Positions 19,470-31,000 of a stretch of DNA of 64,000 bases are shown in pieces; position 1 is the first letter of the stretch, and each line of letters starts with the position of its first letter. Source of the DNA: a virus. Taxonomy: Duplodnaviria; Heunggongvirae; Uroviricota; Caudoviricetes. Under the pieces are notes generated by a model, which saw only the letters and a program-made list of their open reading frames with translations, did no database searches and was not told where the DNA came from. The DNA lies in IMG/VR virus record IMGVR_UViG_3300042885_000900, one strand, 5' to 3'. The position numbers and the translations under genes are program-made.

Positions 19470-21644
19470 TTATCCTGTTACCGTCCAACCTTTTCCGGTT
19501 GCGATACTTCTTGTACAAGTTGATGCTCCTGAACATCCTGTTATATTAATTGTTTTTGTTGTTACTGTTGTTAAATCACCAAATAAAGTGTTTAATGCTG
19601 CTGCAGATAAATCAGTGTACGATACGTTTATTTGTGGTGAAGTTCCTGTCCATTGTCCGGCACCTGTATTAAGAAGTCTTAAACCACTTAATTTACTAAA
19701 GTTTGTTGCACTGGAACCATTAATCGCTAATGCCGAGAAGGGACAACTAAAACTTAACGATGGTAATTTGTTAGATTGAGTAATGGCTGTAGCACCTACT
19801 AACGGTGTCGCAGTTAGACTACCTAATTTATCTAAATTATTTATTGTTGTTAAATTAGGGCATTGGGCAAAAACCGATGTTAATACAGTTAATAGTGATG
19901 TTTGAGTTGTTGGTAATGTCAATGTTTGTAAATTAACACATTGTAAGAATGCCGATGAAAAGGTTGTTAAAGATGTAGAAACTGTTACTGGCATTGTTAT
20001 GGAAGTTAATAACCAACAACCATTAAAGGTACTAGCAAAAGTTGTACAAGCGTTCATACTAGTTGGCATTGTAACTGAGGTTAGAGATTCACAAGTATTA
20101 AAGCAGTTAGTGGCGGTAGTTACCAAATTCATTGTTGATGGAAAAGTTACACCAGTGAGTGATAAACAATTCTGAAATGTTCCTGATAATGAAGTGGCTG
20201 CGGTCATACTAGTCGGTAGAGTTATTGATTCTAATTTAGTACATCCATTACACATTGATGTCATTAAAGTAATGCTGTTTTGAGTGTTATTTGGAAGAAC
20301 TATCGTTTTTAAATTAACACAATCTACAAAAGCACTATTCAAACTAGTTATTGTCCATCCAGATGGTATTGTTATTGATTCAAGAGAAATACAACTATCA
20401 AACATTAACACCATTGTTATTGTTGCACCAACTGTTGTTGGTAAAGTAAGTGATGTTAATCTATAACAATTAACGAAACAACTGGTTAAAACAGTTAAAT
20501 TCGGCATCGCCGATTGAAAAGTAACATTTGTTAATGAATAACACCCACTAAAGGCTGTTGACATTGTTGAAGCATTAAAACTTGTCGGAAAAGTTATGTT
20601 TTTTAAATTATTACATCCCTGAAATGAGGTTGTTCCATTATATACCGCATTACCAGAACAAGTGGGTGGAAAATATACGTTTTGTAAACTGTAACTAGAA
20701 GCAAAACAGTTAGTAATATCAACAGCTACACTACTCACTGGTGATGGTAATGCTGTGAATTTAACCCACTGCAGTGAGCGACAAGACTCAAATGCGCTCT
20801 CTAAACTTGTTAATAAGTTAATACTAGGTAAGGTAATATTTTTTAAACTATCACAGTTTTGAAATGCTGTTAGTAGGGTTGTACAACTATTCAATGTTGT
20901 TGGGAAGGATATTGTCCTAAGATTTTTACAATTATTAAATGTTAGAGTTAAGTTGGTTATGGTAGTGGCGTTTGATGGTAGTACTATATCTCGTAGATTA
21001 GTACAACCATTACACATGCTTGTTAAATTAGTTAATGAATTGGCGGATGTTGGCATCACAATTTTGTATAAACCACCACAATTCATAAACATAGCAGTCA
21101 TTTGAGTTGTCCAAGCAACTGAAGAAGGAAGTTTTACATATTCCAATAATTCAAAAGTGGAAACTGAAGTTGTACCACCAGCAGAAGAAAAATAAGTACC
21201 GGTTAATTCTGTTGTATTACAAGTGTTATCCCCAAAATACACCTCTAACAATCCAACATTATAGTAAACACCACCTCCGGTAACTGTAAAATTAGATAGA
21301 TGTTTGGTATTAGTTATGACACAGGTTGCGTCTCCATATATTCTTATTTTAAATGTGTTATACCCTCTAGAACAAGGTGTACCTCCGGTTGAATAGACAT
21401 GTTCGGTTGTTACAGAAGTAGTGGTTGATATTGTATCTACAGTACCATCACCCCAATCTATATAAATATTTCCTGATGTTCTTGTGAATGTTGTTTGAAT
21501 GGCGAACGCCTTTGCCCCTGTATCGGCAACTAAAAACTGAACCTCATTTGCGGTGTCAGTAATTGTTATCCAATCAGGTGGTCTTACCCAATCAGAAGGT
21601 GTGTCAATTGGTGCTATTGAATTTATTGGTACGTTAAAAGCCAT
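19470..21644 (-). CDS. PKD-like domain plus BspA/LRR_5 leucine-rich repeat protein
   Basis: IDWGDGT, then many F..C..L..I.LP repeats of about 25 aa. Confidence 0.75.
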   Translation of the reverse strand: MAFNVPINSIAPIDTPSDWVRPPDWITITDTANEVQFLVADTGAKAFAIQTTFTRTSGNIYIDWGDGTVDTISTTTSVTTEHVYSTGGTPCSRGYNTFKIRIYGDATCVITNTKHLSNFTVTGGGVYYNVGLLEVYFGDNTCNTTELTGTYFSSAGGTTSVSTFELLEYVKLPSSVAWTTQMTAMFMNCGGLYKIVMPTSANSLTNLTSMCNGCTNLRDIVLPSNATTITNLTLTFNNCKNLRTISFPTTLNSCTTLLTAFQNCDSLKNITLPSINLLTSLESAFESCRSLQWVKFTALPSPVSSVAVDITNCFASSYSLQNVYFPPTCSGNAVYNGTTSFQGCNNLKNITFPTSFNASTMSTAFSGCYSLTNVTFQSAMPNLTVLTSCFVNCYRLTSLTLPTTVGATITMVLMFDSCISLESITIPSGWTITSLNSAFVDCVNLKTIVLPNNTQNSITLMTSMCNGCTKLESITLPTSMTAATSLSGTFQNCLSLTGVTFPSTMNLVTTATNCFNTCESLTSVTMPTSMNACTTFASTFNGCWLLTSITMPVTVSTSLTTFSSAFLQCVNLQTLTLPTTQTSLLTVLTSVFAQCPNLTTINNLDKLGSLTATPLVGATAITQSNKLPSLSFSCPFSALAINGSSATNFSKLSGLRLLNTGAGQWTGTSPQINVSYTDLSAAALNTLFGDLTTVTTKTINITGCSGASTCTRSIATGKGWTVTG

Positions 21645-21721
21645 TTAATTACGTTGTTTGTGTTGTTAATGATTTGTCAGTTATTGTTAAATATTTTTTA
21701 ATATAAATTATATCGTTTAAT

Positions 21722-24700
21722 TTAGTCACAAATAGTTAAAATGTTTCCTATAACTCCTAGATTATTAATTGGATAACCACTCGTAATACTTGTTCCGATA
21801 TTAATGACGTTATTACCAACGTCCAATGGGGTAGTTAACGTAATATCGGAGTAAACGGTAATTCCTGGTTCAAAAACTGATGAGAGTGAATAACCTGTAT
21901 AGATGTTACCACCACAATTTGATAAAATAAGTGTAGTTGCTCCCAAATTTGTTGATGTTATTACTATATCTACCGTCATATTCGCGTCAGGCGGAAATTG
22001 AGAATAAAATGTTGCCACTCCTGACGCTACTCCCACATATGGTAATACTTGTGCGTTATACGCTGTTAGATAACTTGCGTTTTGTGGTGTAACAGATACA
22101 TCACAATTTGCGGTAATATTTACATTACTAAATGAATATGTGTAATATCCTGACACTAATGTCCACGATGCTGCGGTTAATGTTTGACCTGTAAGTTTAA
22201 TTGGTGTTGAACCTCCACCACCTGAACTTGTTCCGCTAGTACCTGCCATTCCTGATGTTCCGCTAGAACCAGAACCACCGGCAGTTGTTGTAACTAGTAA
22301 ACCATTTGAACCAACACAGATTGAACATCCTGATGAACTTGCGAAACTACATACAGATAAGTCATTAACAAATGTTGTGCAAGCTCTATTTGCTGTTATA
22401 TTACTACCTATGATATTGGTACATGTAAAACTTGATGATATAGTGTTATTTCTACCACCAAGTATTGATGAATAAAGTGAACAAGCACTATTACATAAAC
22501 CACCAGCAATCGTTGAAGAACTCCCTTGATTAATATTACAATACCCTCCACCAATTGATGAAAAGAAACCTTGAGCATTATTTTTAGACCCCCCACCAAT
22601 TGTTGAACAAGCACCTGTTGCGCAGTTTCTATATCCACCACCAATGGTTGATAATCTACCCGAATCACAGCAAACAATTGTTCCGGTTAATAAACCTCCT
22701 GTTGAGAATGTTCCTCCTGATGTGTTGTGTCCAATACCTCCACCAATTGTCACCCCTAAAGAACAATATTCATTTGTTGGTGATTGGATAATATTTCTAT
22801 GTCCCCCACCTATAGATGCCATTCTAGTATTTGTTATATTACAATAACCACCATTAACGCTAATAAACGAACCACATGTGCAGTTACATTTTCCTCCACT
22901 AATGACTGAATTACAACTTACAGTAGAACCATACGCACCTCTTACTTTATTTTGACTACCACCACCAATAGTTCCAAATATGTTATTACCAAAACTACAA
23001 TTCAGACATCCACCACCAATGAATATATATGATGTTTGACCATAATTTAATTTTCCGCCTACAACAGATGTGTAACAACTAGAAACACAGTTTCTACATC
23101 CTCCACCAATAAATGAACGAGTTCCTGACGATATATTACATTGACCACCAACAATTGTTGAAAAACATGTTGATACGGTATTTCCGCTACCCGCTAATGC
23201 CGCTGAGAAACACGATGTTGCAGTATTACTGACACCACATCTAATAGTTGAATTAACACCTGTTCCGGTAATGATTATACCACCCCCTCCTGCAGTTGTT
23301 GTAACTAGTAAACCATTTGAACCAACACAGATTGAACATCCTGATGAACTTGCGAAACTACATACAGATAAATCATTAACAAATGTGGTACATGCTCTGT
23401 TTGCGGTTATATTACTACCAATAATATTGGTATTTGTAAACGCTGATGATATAGTATTAAGACAACCACCAAGGATTGATGAACAACTACCATTAACGGT
23501 ATTTCTTGTACCACCACCGATAAACGATGTTGTTCCTGATGCTATATTACCTATACCACCACCAATGGTGCTACCACAACCACCGGCAGTATTTCTAATA
23601 ACAGAAATTGAATAAGAATCACTTAATACACACATTCCACCTCCACCAATTGTCGAATAATTACCTTTGGCGTAATTTCCTTGACCCCCACCAATTGTTG
23701 AGTAAAGTCCACAAGCAACATTATTACATATTACATAAGAACCTATATTAACTGTGTCTTCTATAACTCGACTTTTACCACCACCAATTGTCGAGCCATT
23801 TCCTAACGCTTTATTTCCACCACCACCACCAATAGTTGAAAAATCCCCTATGGCTTCATTAGTCGTTCTTCTTGTGTATCCATAACCACTGTTAATCCTT
23901 ATCTCACCACCCCCACCAATAGTGCTTAAATATCCAATAGCTTTATTACATCTACCACCACCAATTGTAGATGTATGTCCTGATGCAAAATTTATAATAC
24001 CACCACCGATTGTTGAATGATTACCTTTAGCGTAATTTCCACCACCACCACCTATAGTTGATAAACACCCTATGGTTTTATTATTACACATTGTTAAGGT
24101 ATTTGGTTGATAATCGTCGACTTGCCAAACAAATACACCACCACCACCAATTGTTGATGTATGTCCTGATGCATAATTTCCTCCACCTCCACCTATGGTT
24201 GAGAACTGTCCTGAAGCTATATTATATTTAACTATATTAGAACAATAAGAGTTTCCTGAACAAGAAAATCTTCCACCACCACCAATTACAGAATAACAAC
24301 TGGTTATAGTATTTAAATAACCACCACCAATTGTTGAGTAAGTCGCATTAACACAAAGTTTATTACCATAACCACCCGATATAGTTCCTAGTCCAGATAA
24401 AACACGATTACAATAACCACCACCAATGAATGACCTACTACCTGAAATTATATTATCAACACCACCACCAATAAATGAGATACTTCCAAACTCACAAATT
24501 ACATTACCTATACCACCAACAATTGATGATGTACTTCCTGATACACTATTAAGAGTACCACCAACAATTGATGAGGCACCTCCTGATACGGTATTATTTT
24601 TACCCCCAACAATTGATGAACAACTACCACTTAAAGTGATTGTATTTCCACTACCACCTAATGCTGCCGAAAAATTTCCTGATGCGGTATTTCCAACACC

Positions 24701-26416
24701 ACATCTAATAGTTGAATTAACACCTGTTCCTGTAATGATTATACCACCCCCACCTATTGGACTTGTTCCACTTGTTCCAGCAATTCCGTTTGCTCCTGAG
24801 GTTCCTGAAGAACCGCTAGAGCCATAAACAGCTCCAAGAGTTGTTACCACATAAGAATAATACTGTATCCCTTCCGTATACCAAGTAACTGGATGATTAC
24901 CACTTGATTGGTCAACCACATATATTTTAACAATCATTCTATCGGTAGGAAGAATATAAAATGATGTTGGTATTACTAAATCTACATATACTTCAACAGG
25001 TAGGACAGAACTAATCCAAGGAATTAACACTTGATTAGTTTGTAATGGACTACCACTATATGGTGTTCCTGTAGAATCGGCTAATTGTATTGTACAGAAT
25101 GTGTCTGTATTAAATCCTTGACCTCCCTTTAAGAAATGTAAATGAAATCTTTGTAGTCCAGGTGGAATAACAGTAACATCCAATCCTGACGCATTGGTGA
25201 TAAATTCTTGAACTAATACAGGTGTTGCCCCATTAGTTGTTCTTGTTATTGTTTCTCCGGTTGATGATGTTGGTAATATATCAATCTGTTTATACGATAA
25301 AGGTGTTTGGGTTACAGATTCATTAAAATAGAATATTTGACCTGATGAAACTCCACTAACACCTGAAGAACCACTAGTACCTGAAGAACCACTAGTGCCT
25401 GAAGAACCGCTAGTACCTGATGTTCCGTCAATACCGCTAGTACCTGATGAGCCTGATGTTCCATCTATACCGCTAGTACCTGATGAGCCTGATGTTCCTG
25501 AAGAACCGCTAGTACCTGATGAGCCTGATGTTCCATCTATACCGCTAGTACCTGATGAGCCTGATGTTCCTGAAGAACCGCTAGTACCTGATGAGCCTGA
25601 TGTTCCATCTATACCGCTAGTACCTGATGAGCCTGATGTTCCGTCTATACCGCTAGTGCCTGAAGAGCCTGATGTTCCATCTATACCATTGGTACCGGAT
25701 GTCCCACTAGACCCTGAAGAACCACTGGTTCCATCAACTCCGCTAGTTCCTGATGTACCATCAATTCCGGTCGCTTCGATAGATACTGTCGCCCCATCAT
25801 TCCTATATAAATCTAAAGTAGATGTTGCTGAAAAATAAGTTCCTCCCGTAACATATACATCTTGTATTGCTGTTGCAAACTTTCTCCATCTAGCATTAAT
25901 TCTAATAACTCCATCAACACCCTCAATTGTTGACCCCGTCCAAGTATCAATAAATAATTGACCTTCTGTTGAGTTATTTTTAACTGTTGTACCAAAATCA
26001 GAAACAACAACAGTGTTACCACCAGGTCCTGAAGCTCCTAAAGCGTCAGACCATAATGTATTATAATTATCTATCGAAAATTGATATACTTGGTCTGTTT
26101 CATATACATAAACCAACATACCCAATCTTCTTCTACCTGATGAGATATTATCAGAATTTAATGTTAGCGTGTCAAATGAAAACGAAGAATTAATCCCTTT
26201 ATAAAATTGGATAGGAATAGTATTACCCGAAAATTCAATATCACCATTATCACCAAAAGGTATTGTGTAAATTAAATCATTTAAGGTGTAAACCTCCATA
26301 AAACCACCCGTATTTAAAACACTAAATGTTGTTCCAAATGTGCTAGTTCTTAATGAAGATTGACTCCCTAAGGCTATTATTGGTGATAACGGATTTTTAT
26401 AATTTAAGTTAGACAT
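21722..26416 (-). CDS. Large tail-fibre-like protein with a collagen-like G-X-Y tract and STIGGG repeats
   Basis: RRLGMLVYV N-terminal motif; 47 G-X-Y triplets; dozens of S.IGGG..N repeats. Confidence 0.7.
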   Translation of the reverse strand: MSNLNYKNPLSPIIALGSQSSLRTSTFGTTFSVLNTGGFMEVYTLNDLIYTIPFGDNGDIEFSGNTIPIQFYKGINSSFSFDTLTLNSDNISSGRRRLGMLVYVYETDQVYQFSIDNYNTLWSDALGASGPGGNTVVVSDFGTTVKNNSTEGQLFIDTWTGSTIEGVDGVIRINARWRKFATAIQDVYVTGGTYFSATSTLDLYRNDGATVSIEATGIDGTSGTSGVDGTSGSSGSSGTSGTNGIDGTSGSSGTSGIDGTSGSSGTSGIDGTSGSSGTSGSSGTSGSSGTSGIDGTSGSSGTSGSSGTSGSSGTSGIDGTSGSSGTSGIDGTSGTSGSSGTSGSSGTSGSSGVSGVSSGQIFYFNESVTQTPLSYKQIDILPTSSTGETITRTTNGATPVLVQEFITNASGLDVTVIPPGLQRFHLHFLKGGQGFNTDTFCTIQLADSTGTPYSGSPLQTNQVLIPWISSVLPVEVYVDLVIPTSFYILPTDRMIVKIYVVDQSSGNHPVTWYTEGIQYYSYVVTTLGAVYGSSGSSGTSGANGIAGTSGTSPIGGGGIIITGTGVNSTIRCGVGNTASGNFSAALGGSGNTITLSGSCSSIVGGKNNTVSGGASSIVGGTLNSVSGSTSSIVGGIGNVICEFGSISFIGGGVDNIISGSRSFIGGGYCNRVLSGLGTISGGYGNKLCVNATYSTIGGGYLNTITSCYSVIGGGGRFSCSGNSYCSNIVKYNIASGQFSTIGGGGGNYASGHTSTIGGGGVFVWQVDDYQPNTLTMCNNKTIGCLSTIGGGGGNYAKGNHSTIGGGIINFASGHTSTIGGGRCNKAIGYLSTIGGGGEIRINSGYGYTRRTTNEAIGDFSTIGGGGGNKALGNGSTIGGGKSRVIEDTVNIGSYVICNNVACGLYSTIGGGQGNYAKGNYSTIGGGGMCVLSDSYSISVIRNTAGGCGSTIGGGIGNIASGTTSFIGGGTRNTVNGSCSSILGGCLNTISSAFTNTNIIGSNITANRACTTFVNDLSVCSFASSSGCSICVGSNGLLVTTTAGGGGIIITGTGVNSTIRCGVSNTATSCFSAALAGSGNTVSTCFSTIVGGQCNISSGTRSFIGGGCRNCVSSCYTSVVGGKLNYGQTSYIFIGGGCLNCSFGNNIFGTIGGGSQNKVRGAYGSTVSCNSVISGGKCNCTCGSFISVNGGYCNITNTRMASIGGGHRNIIQSPTNEYCSLGVTIGGGIGHNTSGGTFSTGGLLTGTIVCCDSGRLSTIGGGYRNCATGACSTIGGGSKNNAQGFFSSIGGGYCNINQGSSSTIAGGLCNSACSLYSSILGGRNNTISSSFTCTNIIGSNITANRACTTFVNDLSVCSFASSSGCSICVGSNGLLVTTTAGGSGSSGTSGMAGTSGTSSGGGGSTPIKLTGQTLTAASWTLVSGYYTYSFSNVNITANCDVSVTPQNASYLTAYNAQVLPYVGVASGVATFYSQFPPDANMTVDIVITSTNLGATTLILSNCGGNIYTGYSLSSVFEPGITVYSDITLTTPLDVGNNVINIGTSITSGYPINNLGVIGNILTICD
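25346..25768 (-). repeat. Tandem 9-nt-unit repeat with higher-order 36/72-nt units, encoding (GTS/GSS/GID)n
   Basis: Directly visible repeats such as ccgctagtacctgatgagcctgatgttcc. Confidence 0.9.
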
Positions 26417-26433
26417 ATTTTGATAATTATTTG

Positions 26434-27435
26434 TTACGAAGAAACAGTATTTCCTCTGAAATAAATACTTTGGTTATTGTTTAATGCAAAGATTCTATTT
26501 GGAAAAGTTGTGTAAACTTTATATGTTGTTGGTGGAATTGTGCCACCACTATATGTGAAAGTATAAGTGTTAATTGCTCTTTCTGTATTCACCGTAACTA
26601 ATGAATTAGGGTCACCATCACTATTCACATCAATCGCCGTTTGTGTTTCATTATTTGTTAATGAAATTGGTATTATCCAAGTATACCAAGCCGATACCGG
26701 AATTGTCTGTTCAAATACTTCTGTTGTTAAGAAATTGTATCTAACAATTGGATTACCAAAAGTGTCGAATCCACCACTTTGTTGTGGAACTGATTGTCTA
26801 ATAACTGACGGGAATAAACCGCTAGTCCAACCACTAAAATCAACATAACGATTCATATCAATGTTGAATTGTGTTTGGTTTTGATTTGGCTGACTATTAT
26901 TTGTGAAACCAAAGAAATTAGAACCACCATCAAACATCCATTGACCTATATTAGTTGCTCCCGATATTGGCTCAATAAATAAATGAGCAAAATAAACAGG
27001 TGTTGGTGTTGGTGTTGGTGTTTGAGTCGGAGTTTGAGTTGGTGTTCTTGTTGGTGACGCTCCTGGCGTATGTGTAATTGTTGGTGTTGGTGTTCTTGTC
27101 GGTGTTTGAGATGGAACCGGACAAGGGTCGTAAGTTGGTGTAACCGTTGGTGTTGCTGTGGGTGTTGGAGTTTGAGTTTTTGTGGTTGTAGGTGTAGGTG
27201 TTACCGTAGGTGTTGGCATTGGAACATTTAAAATGTTTGGGCAATCACTATCCAATACTAATATAGTATAAGTTCCATATACACCTCTAGGTGGTGTTAA
27301 TAATCCGGGAACAAATAAATAAGGTAACTCTTGATTACCCAAATTAATAACAACAATTTCGTTATAAGGTTTGAATAAAATATTTGCTACTTCTCCATCG
27401 TAATTAACACTTTTTATCGTTATTGATTGTGACAT
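26434..27435 (-). CDS. Thr-Pro-rich virion protein
   Basis: About 70-aa (TP)n tract; structural gene context. Confidence 0.6.
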   Translation of the reverse strand: MSQSITIKSVNYDGEVANILFKPYNEIVVINLGNQELPYLFVPGLLTPPRGVYGTYTILVLDSDCPNILNVPMPTPTVTPTPTTTKTQTPTPTATPTVTPTYDPCPVPSQTPTRTPTPTITHTPGASPTRTPTQTPTQTPTPTPTPVYFAHLFIEPISGATNIGQWMFDGGSNFFGFTNNSQPNQNQTQFNIDMNRYVDFSGWTSGLFPSVIRQSVPQQSGGFDTFGNPIVRYNFLTTEVFEQTIPVSAWYTWIIPISLTNNETQTAIDVNSDGDPNSLVTVNTERAINTYTFTYSGGTIPPTTYKVYTTFPNRIFALNNNQSIYFRGNTVSS

Positions 27436-27446
27436 TTATAATATGT

Positions 27447-28025
27447 TTACGAAATTGTACTGATTGTTATTGCAACTCCAGGTGTTACGGGTCTATTATA
27501 TGGGGATGTAATGGATGGAACAGATTTGATAAATACGGTATCATCTGATGATGCAAAAACAAATTCAACATATTGACCAGCAGTTAAAACATATGAGTAT
27601 GGTATAAAGGGTAATTGTTCGTTATTGTTATTAAGTAAAACTAACTCACCAGTAGTTCTATCTGCATCAACACCATCAACTCTAGTCCAAAAATATACCG
27701 TTGCGTTTGCTGGAGATAATGTGTTTTTATCCAATTGGAATGACACCCCAAATAAGTATGTTCCATCCTGTAATGCCGTGAATTTTGAATTATCAACAAG
27801 GTCAAACCCCACTTGACCTTCTATGGTATCAACCAATATAACAGTTGGAGTATTTGAACCTGACACTGTTTGACTTATTGTTGATGTGTATGAAGCATTT
27901 GGTTTTGATAAAATTTGAGAGTAGTTAATATGGTAAGTTACACCACTTAATTCCACTGGAGCAACCATATTTGGATTTGGTGTTGATAATAATGGTAATT
28001 CGCTAATTGTTTTTCCTGTTAACAT
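27447..28025 (-). CDS. Fibre-associated protein, possibly with a C1q/BclA-like C-terminal domain
   Basis: KTISELP N-terminus; F.....GTYLF...Q pattern; upstream TATTTATA. Confidence 0.45.
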   Translation of the reverse strand: MLTGKTISELPLLSTPNPNMVAPVELSGVTYHINYSQILSKPNASYTSTISQTVSGSNTPTVILVDTIEGQVGFDLVDNSKFTALQDGTYLFGVSFQLDKNTLSPANATVYFWTRVDGVDADRTTGELVLLNNNNEQLPFIPYSYVLTAGQYVEFVFASSDDTVFIKSVPSITSPYNRPVTPGVAITISTIS

Positions 28026-28056
28026 AATTTTGTTTTATTTATAAATATTGTTATTT

Positions 28057-31000
28057 TTAATTAAATTTTAAATATTCCTGATTACCTACCGATAAATATT
28101 CGTTATCGTTAATTAAAAGAACATCATTAATAATTTGTTCGGGGATTGTCGGTGTGGGAGTAGGTGTTTGAGTTATTGTTGGGGTAAGTGTGATTGTAGG
28201 TGTTATTGTAGGGGTTATTGTAGGAGTAGGTGTGGGAGTTGCGGTATATTCAGTGATTTCATATTCAAAATCATCAACTAAACAAACATTAGTATTACAA
28301 TCCGGACAATCCGGATTAAACATTTTGAAAGTATCTTTTAATAATTTAAAGTTATGTTTTATTTCAGGTGCTGATAATGGTGAAACATACATTCTAAATT
28401 GAGAGATTCCCCCATCAAAAGTTCCAGCAAAATTCTGTTCTATTAATATATTGGTATTTAAACCTGAAAATGTTGTTCCACTTAAATCATTAATTGGAAG
28501 ACATTCTGGGTCTTGAATATATGGGCCTAATGGAGATGTAGATGAAGAGAATGTTAAATTTTCTCTTAAACCTTGAGTACCTCCACCCCACGAAACATTA
28601 AAGGGAACACCAACTTGTTTTTCTTTATCTGTATTTAATCCCCTTGGGATAATCTCTTCAAAATCCTCAATAGTATAAAATAACTTACCATTAATATAAA
28701 TTTTTAATCTACCTTTTCTGTAGTCTTTATCTAATAACCATTTTTCGTTTAAATTAACTAATTCTATTTGTTCTGGCGTACGACCATTTGTATGTGTGTA
28801 AGGTATTGTGATTAACGATACCGTATTATTGGCTAATGATTCTAAATATTTTCTTTCTGTAATATCACCAAGTCCCCCGCGATACCATAAATCACAAGTG
28901 TCTAACCAAGTATATCTTTCCCAAACAGCATTTAACTGAAACCAATGTTCCTCTTCTAAATAAGCTGGATTAATTAATTCACAATCCGGATATATTCCAC
29001 CAGGTGAACAATATTCGGTAATGGTATATCCTGTTGTATAAGTGATTCCGGTTGTTTCACAACTACCTGTTGTTTCACATCCTCCGGTGAATCGTAATAC
29101 TTTTACACCAATTTGGGGATTCTTTGGGTCACCACAAAGTTTAAATGATAATGCGTTGGACATTGAATCATATAATGGGTCAACCTCACAAGTATTTTCT
29201 ATTGATGTAAATCCTGTGGTAGCACAAGTGTCGCAAGTATCACAAGTGGTACAATTACTACAAGTTGGAGTACATACTGGAGTTGATAAACAATTAGATT
29301 GGGTGGATGTTAGTGTAGAAGTTGGTATTTCTATTATTACCGCATCATTATTAGCTTGTAAATACTGAATATCTCCATCTGGAGAGCCAACATCACAAGT
29401 CATAAGAGCCGCTGGTATTGTTAGTGTTATTATGTTTCCTGTAATATTATAAAACACAATATCATCTCCAACTGTTCCACCTAAATCTGTACAAGCAGGT
29501 AAACTTATTGTTGTTAAGGATGTACAATTATAGAAAAAACTATCACCCGCACTTATTAATTGAGGTAAATCTATTGTTGTTAGTGAATAACAATTTGTAA
29601 AACAATAACTACCAGCGTTAATCAACTGAGGTAAATTAATTGTTGTTAATGATACGCAATTAGAAAAAGAATGGTTTCCGGCAGTGGTTAAATTAGGTAA
29701 ATCAATTGTTGTGAGTGATGTACAATTACTAAAACATTGATTATCTATCGCAATTAACTTTGGAAAATACATTGATGTTAATGATAATAATCCGTAAAAA
29801 GCTCCCCCATCAAAATAACCACCTCCTGTTATATCAAGACATTCAGGAAATGAAATTTCGGTAATATTTTCACAATAACTAAATGAATCAGTATAGATTG
29901 AAGTTACACACCCTACTGAATCAATTACTTTTATAATATTATTATTGGATATAAAAGTATTCTCCTTTATAGTTATATCACTACCACCAATTAATCTCAC
30001 TTCATTCCCAACAATATCAACACTTGTAAATGGATTACCATAAGTAGGTAAATCAAAAAATGTATTCCAATCTATTACTGATGATGCATCTCCTACAAGA
30101 GCATTAGCATTAGCTATATCATCAAATGTTAATTTTAATGATGATGGTAATTGTGTTGGGGTTGGTGTTGGTGTCGGTGTTTTTGTAGGTGTTGGTGTTG
30201 ATGTTGGTATTTCTATTATTGTTACTGTATTGTTTGCTTGTAAGTATTGAATGTCTCCATCAGGTGAACCTACATTACAAGTCATAAGTGCGGCTGGTAT
30301 TGTTAGTGTTATTGTCTTACCTATTATATTATAAAATACATTATTATTACCTGTTGTTAATCCTAGATTAGTACATGATGGTAAACTTACACTTGTTAAT
30401 GAAGTACATAGAAAAAAACATGAATCCCCTATAGTAATTGCTGATGGTAGGTCAATATTTACTAATACTCCAGACTGTTTAAAACACGCAACACCTATGT
30501 TTATAGATGATGGTAAATAAACTGTAGTTAATGAATTACAGTAAGAAAAACACCCATTTCCTTTAATACCTACTGTAATAAGATTAGGTAAACTAACACT
30601 AATTAAAGATGTACAAGCAAAAAAACATTCGTCTATAATATAGGCAATACATGAACCACTAAATGATAATATATTATTATTATTTAAAAATATATCTCTC
30701 ACGGCAATGTTCTCACCACCTATTAATGTAACTTCATTAATGTTAACAACTACACTTGTAAATTGGGTTGACCAATTTGGTAAATTAAAAAATAAATTCC
30801 AATCCAAAACTGAACTTGAATCACCTACTAATAAATTAGCATTAGTTATATCATCAAAATCAATAACTAAATTACCTGAATATCCAATAAATGGTTGATA
30901 AGGTGAATTATTAATAATTAAATCATTATCAAATGATAAACGAATAATATCATCATCTAATATAATAGATTCATCAATAGTTAATGTTATATTGTTTCCT

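Noticed and set aside
25346-25768. CRISPR array
   Set aside because: Tandem coding repeats with no unique spacers
25395-25838. 147-aa plus-strand ORF with PEEPLVPD repeats
   Set aside because: Antisense shadow of the Gly-Thr-Ser repeat
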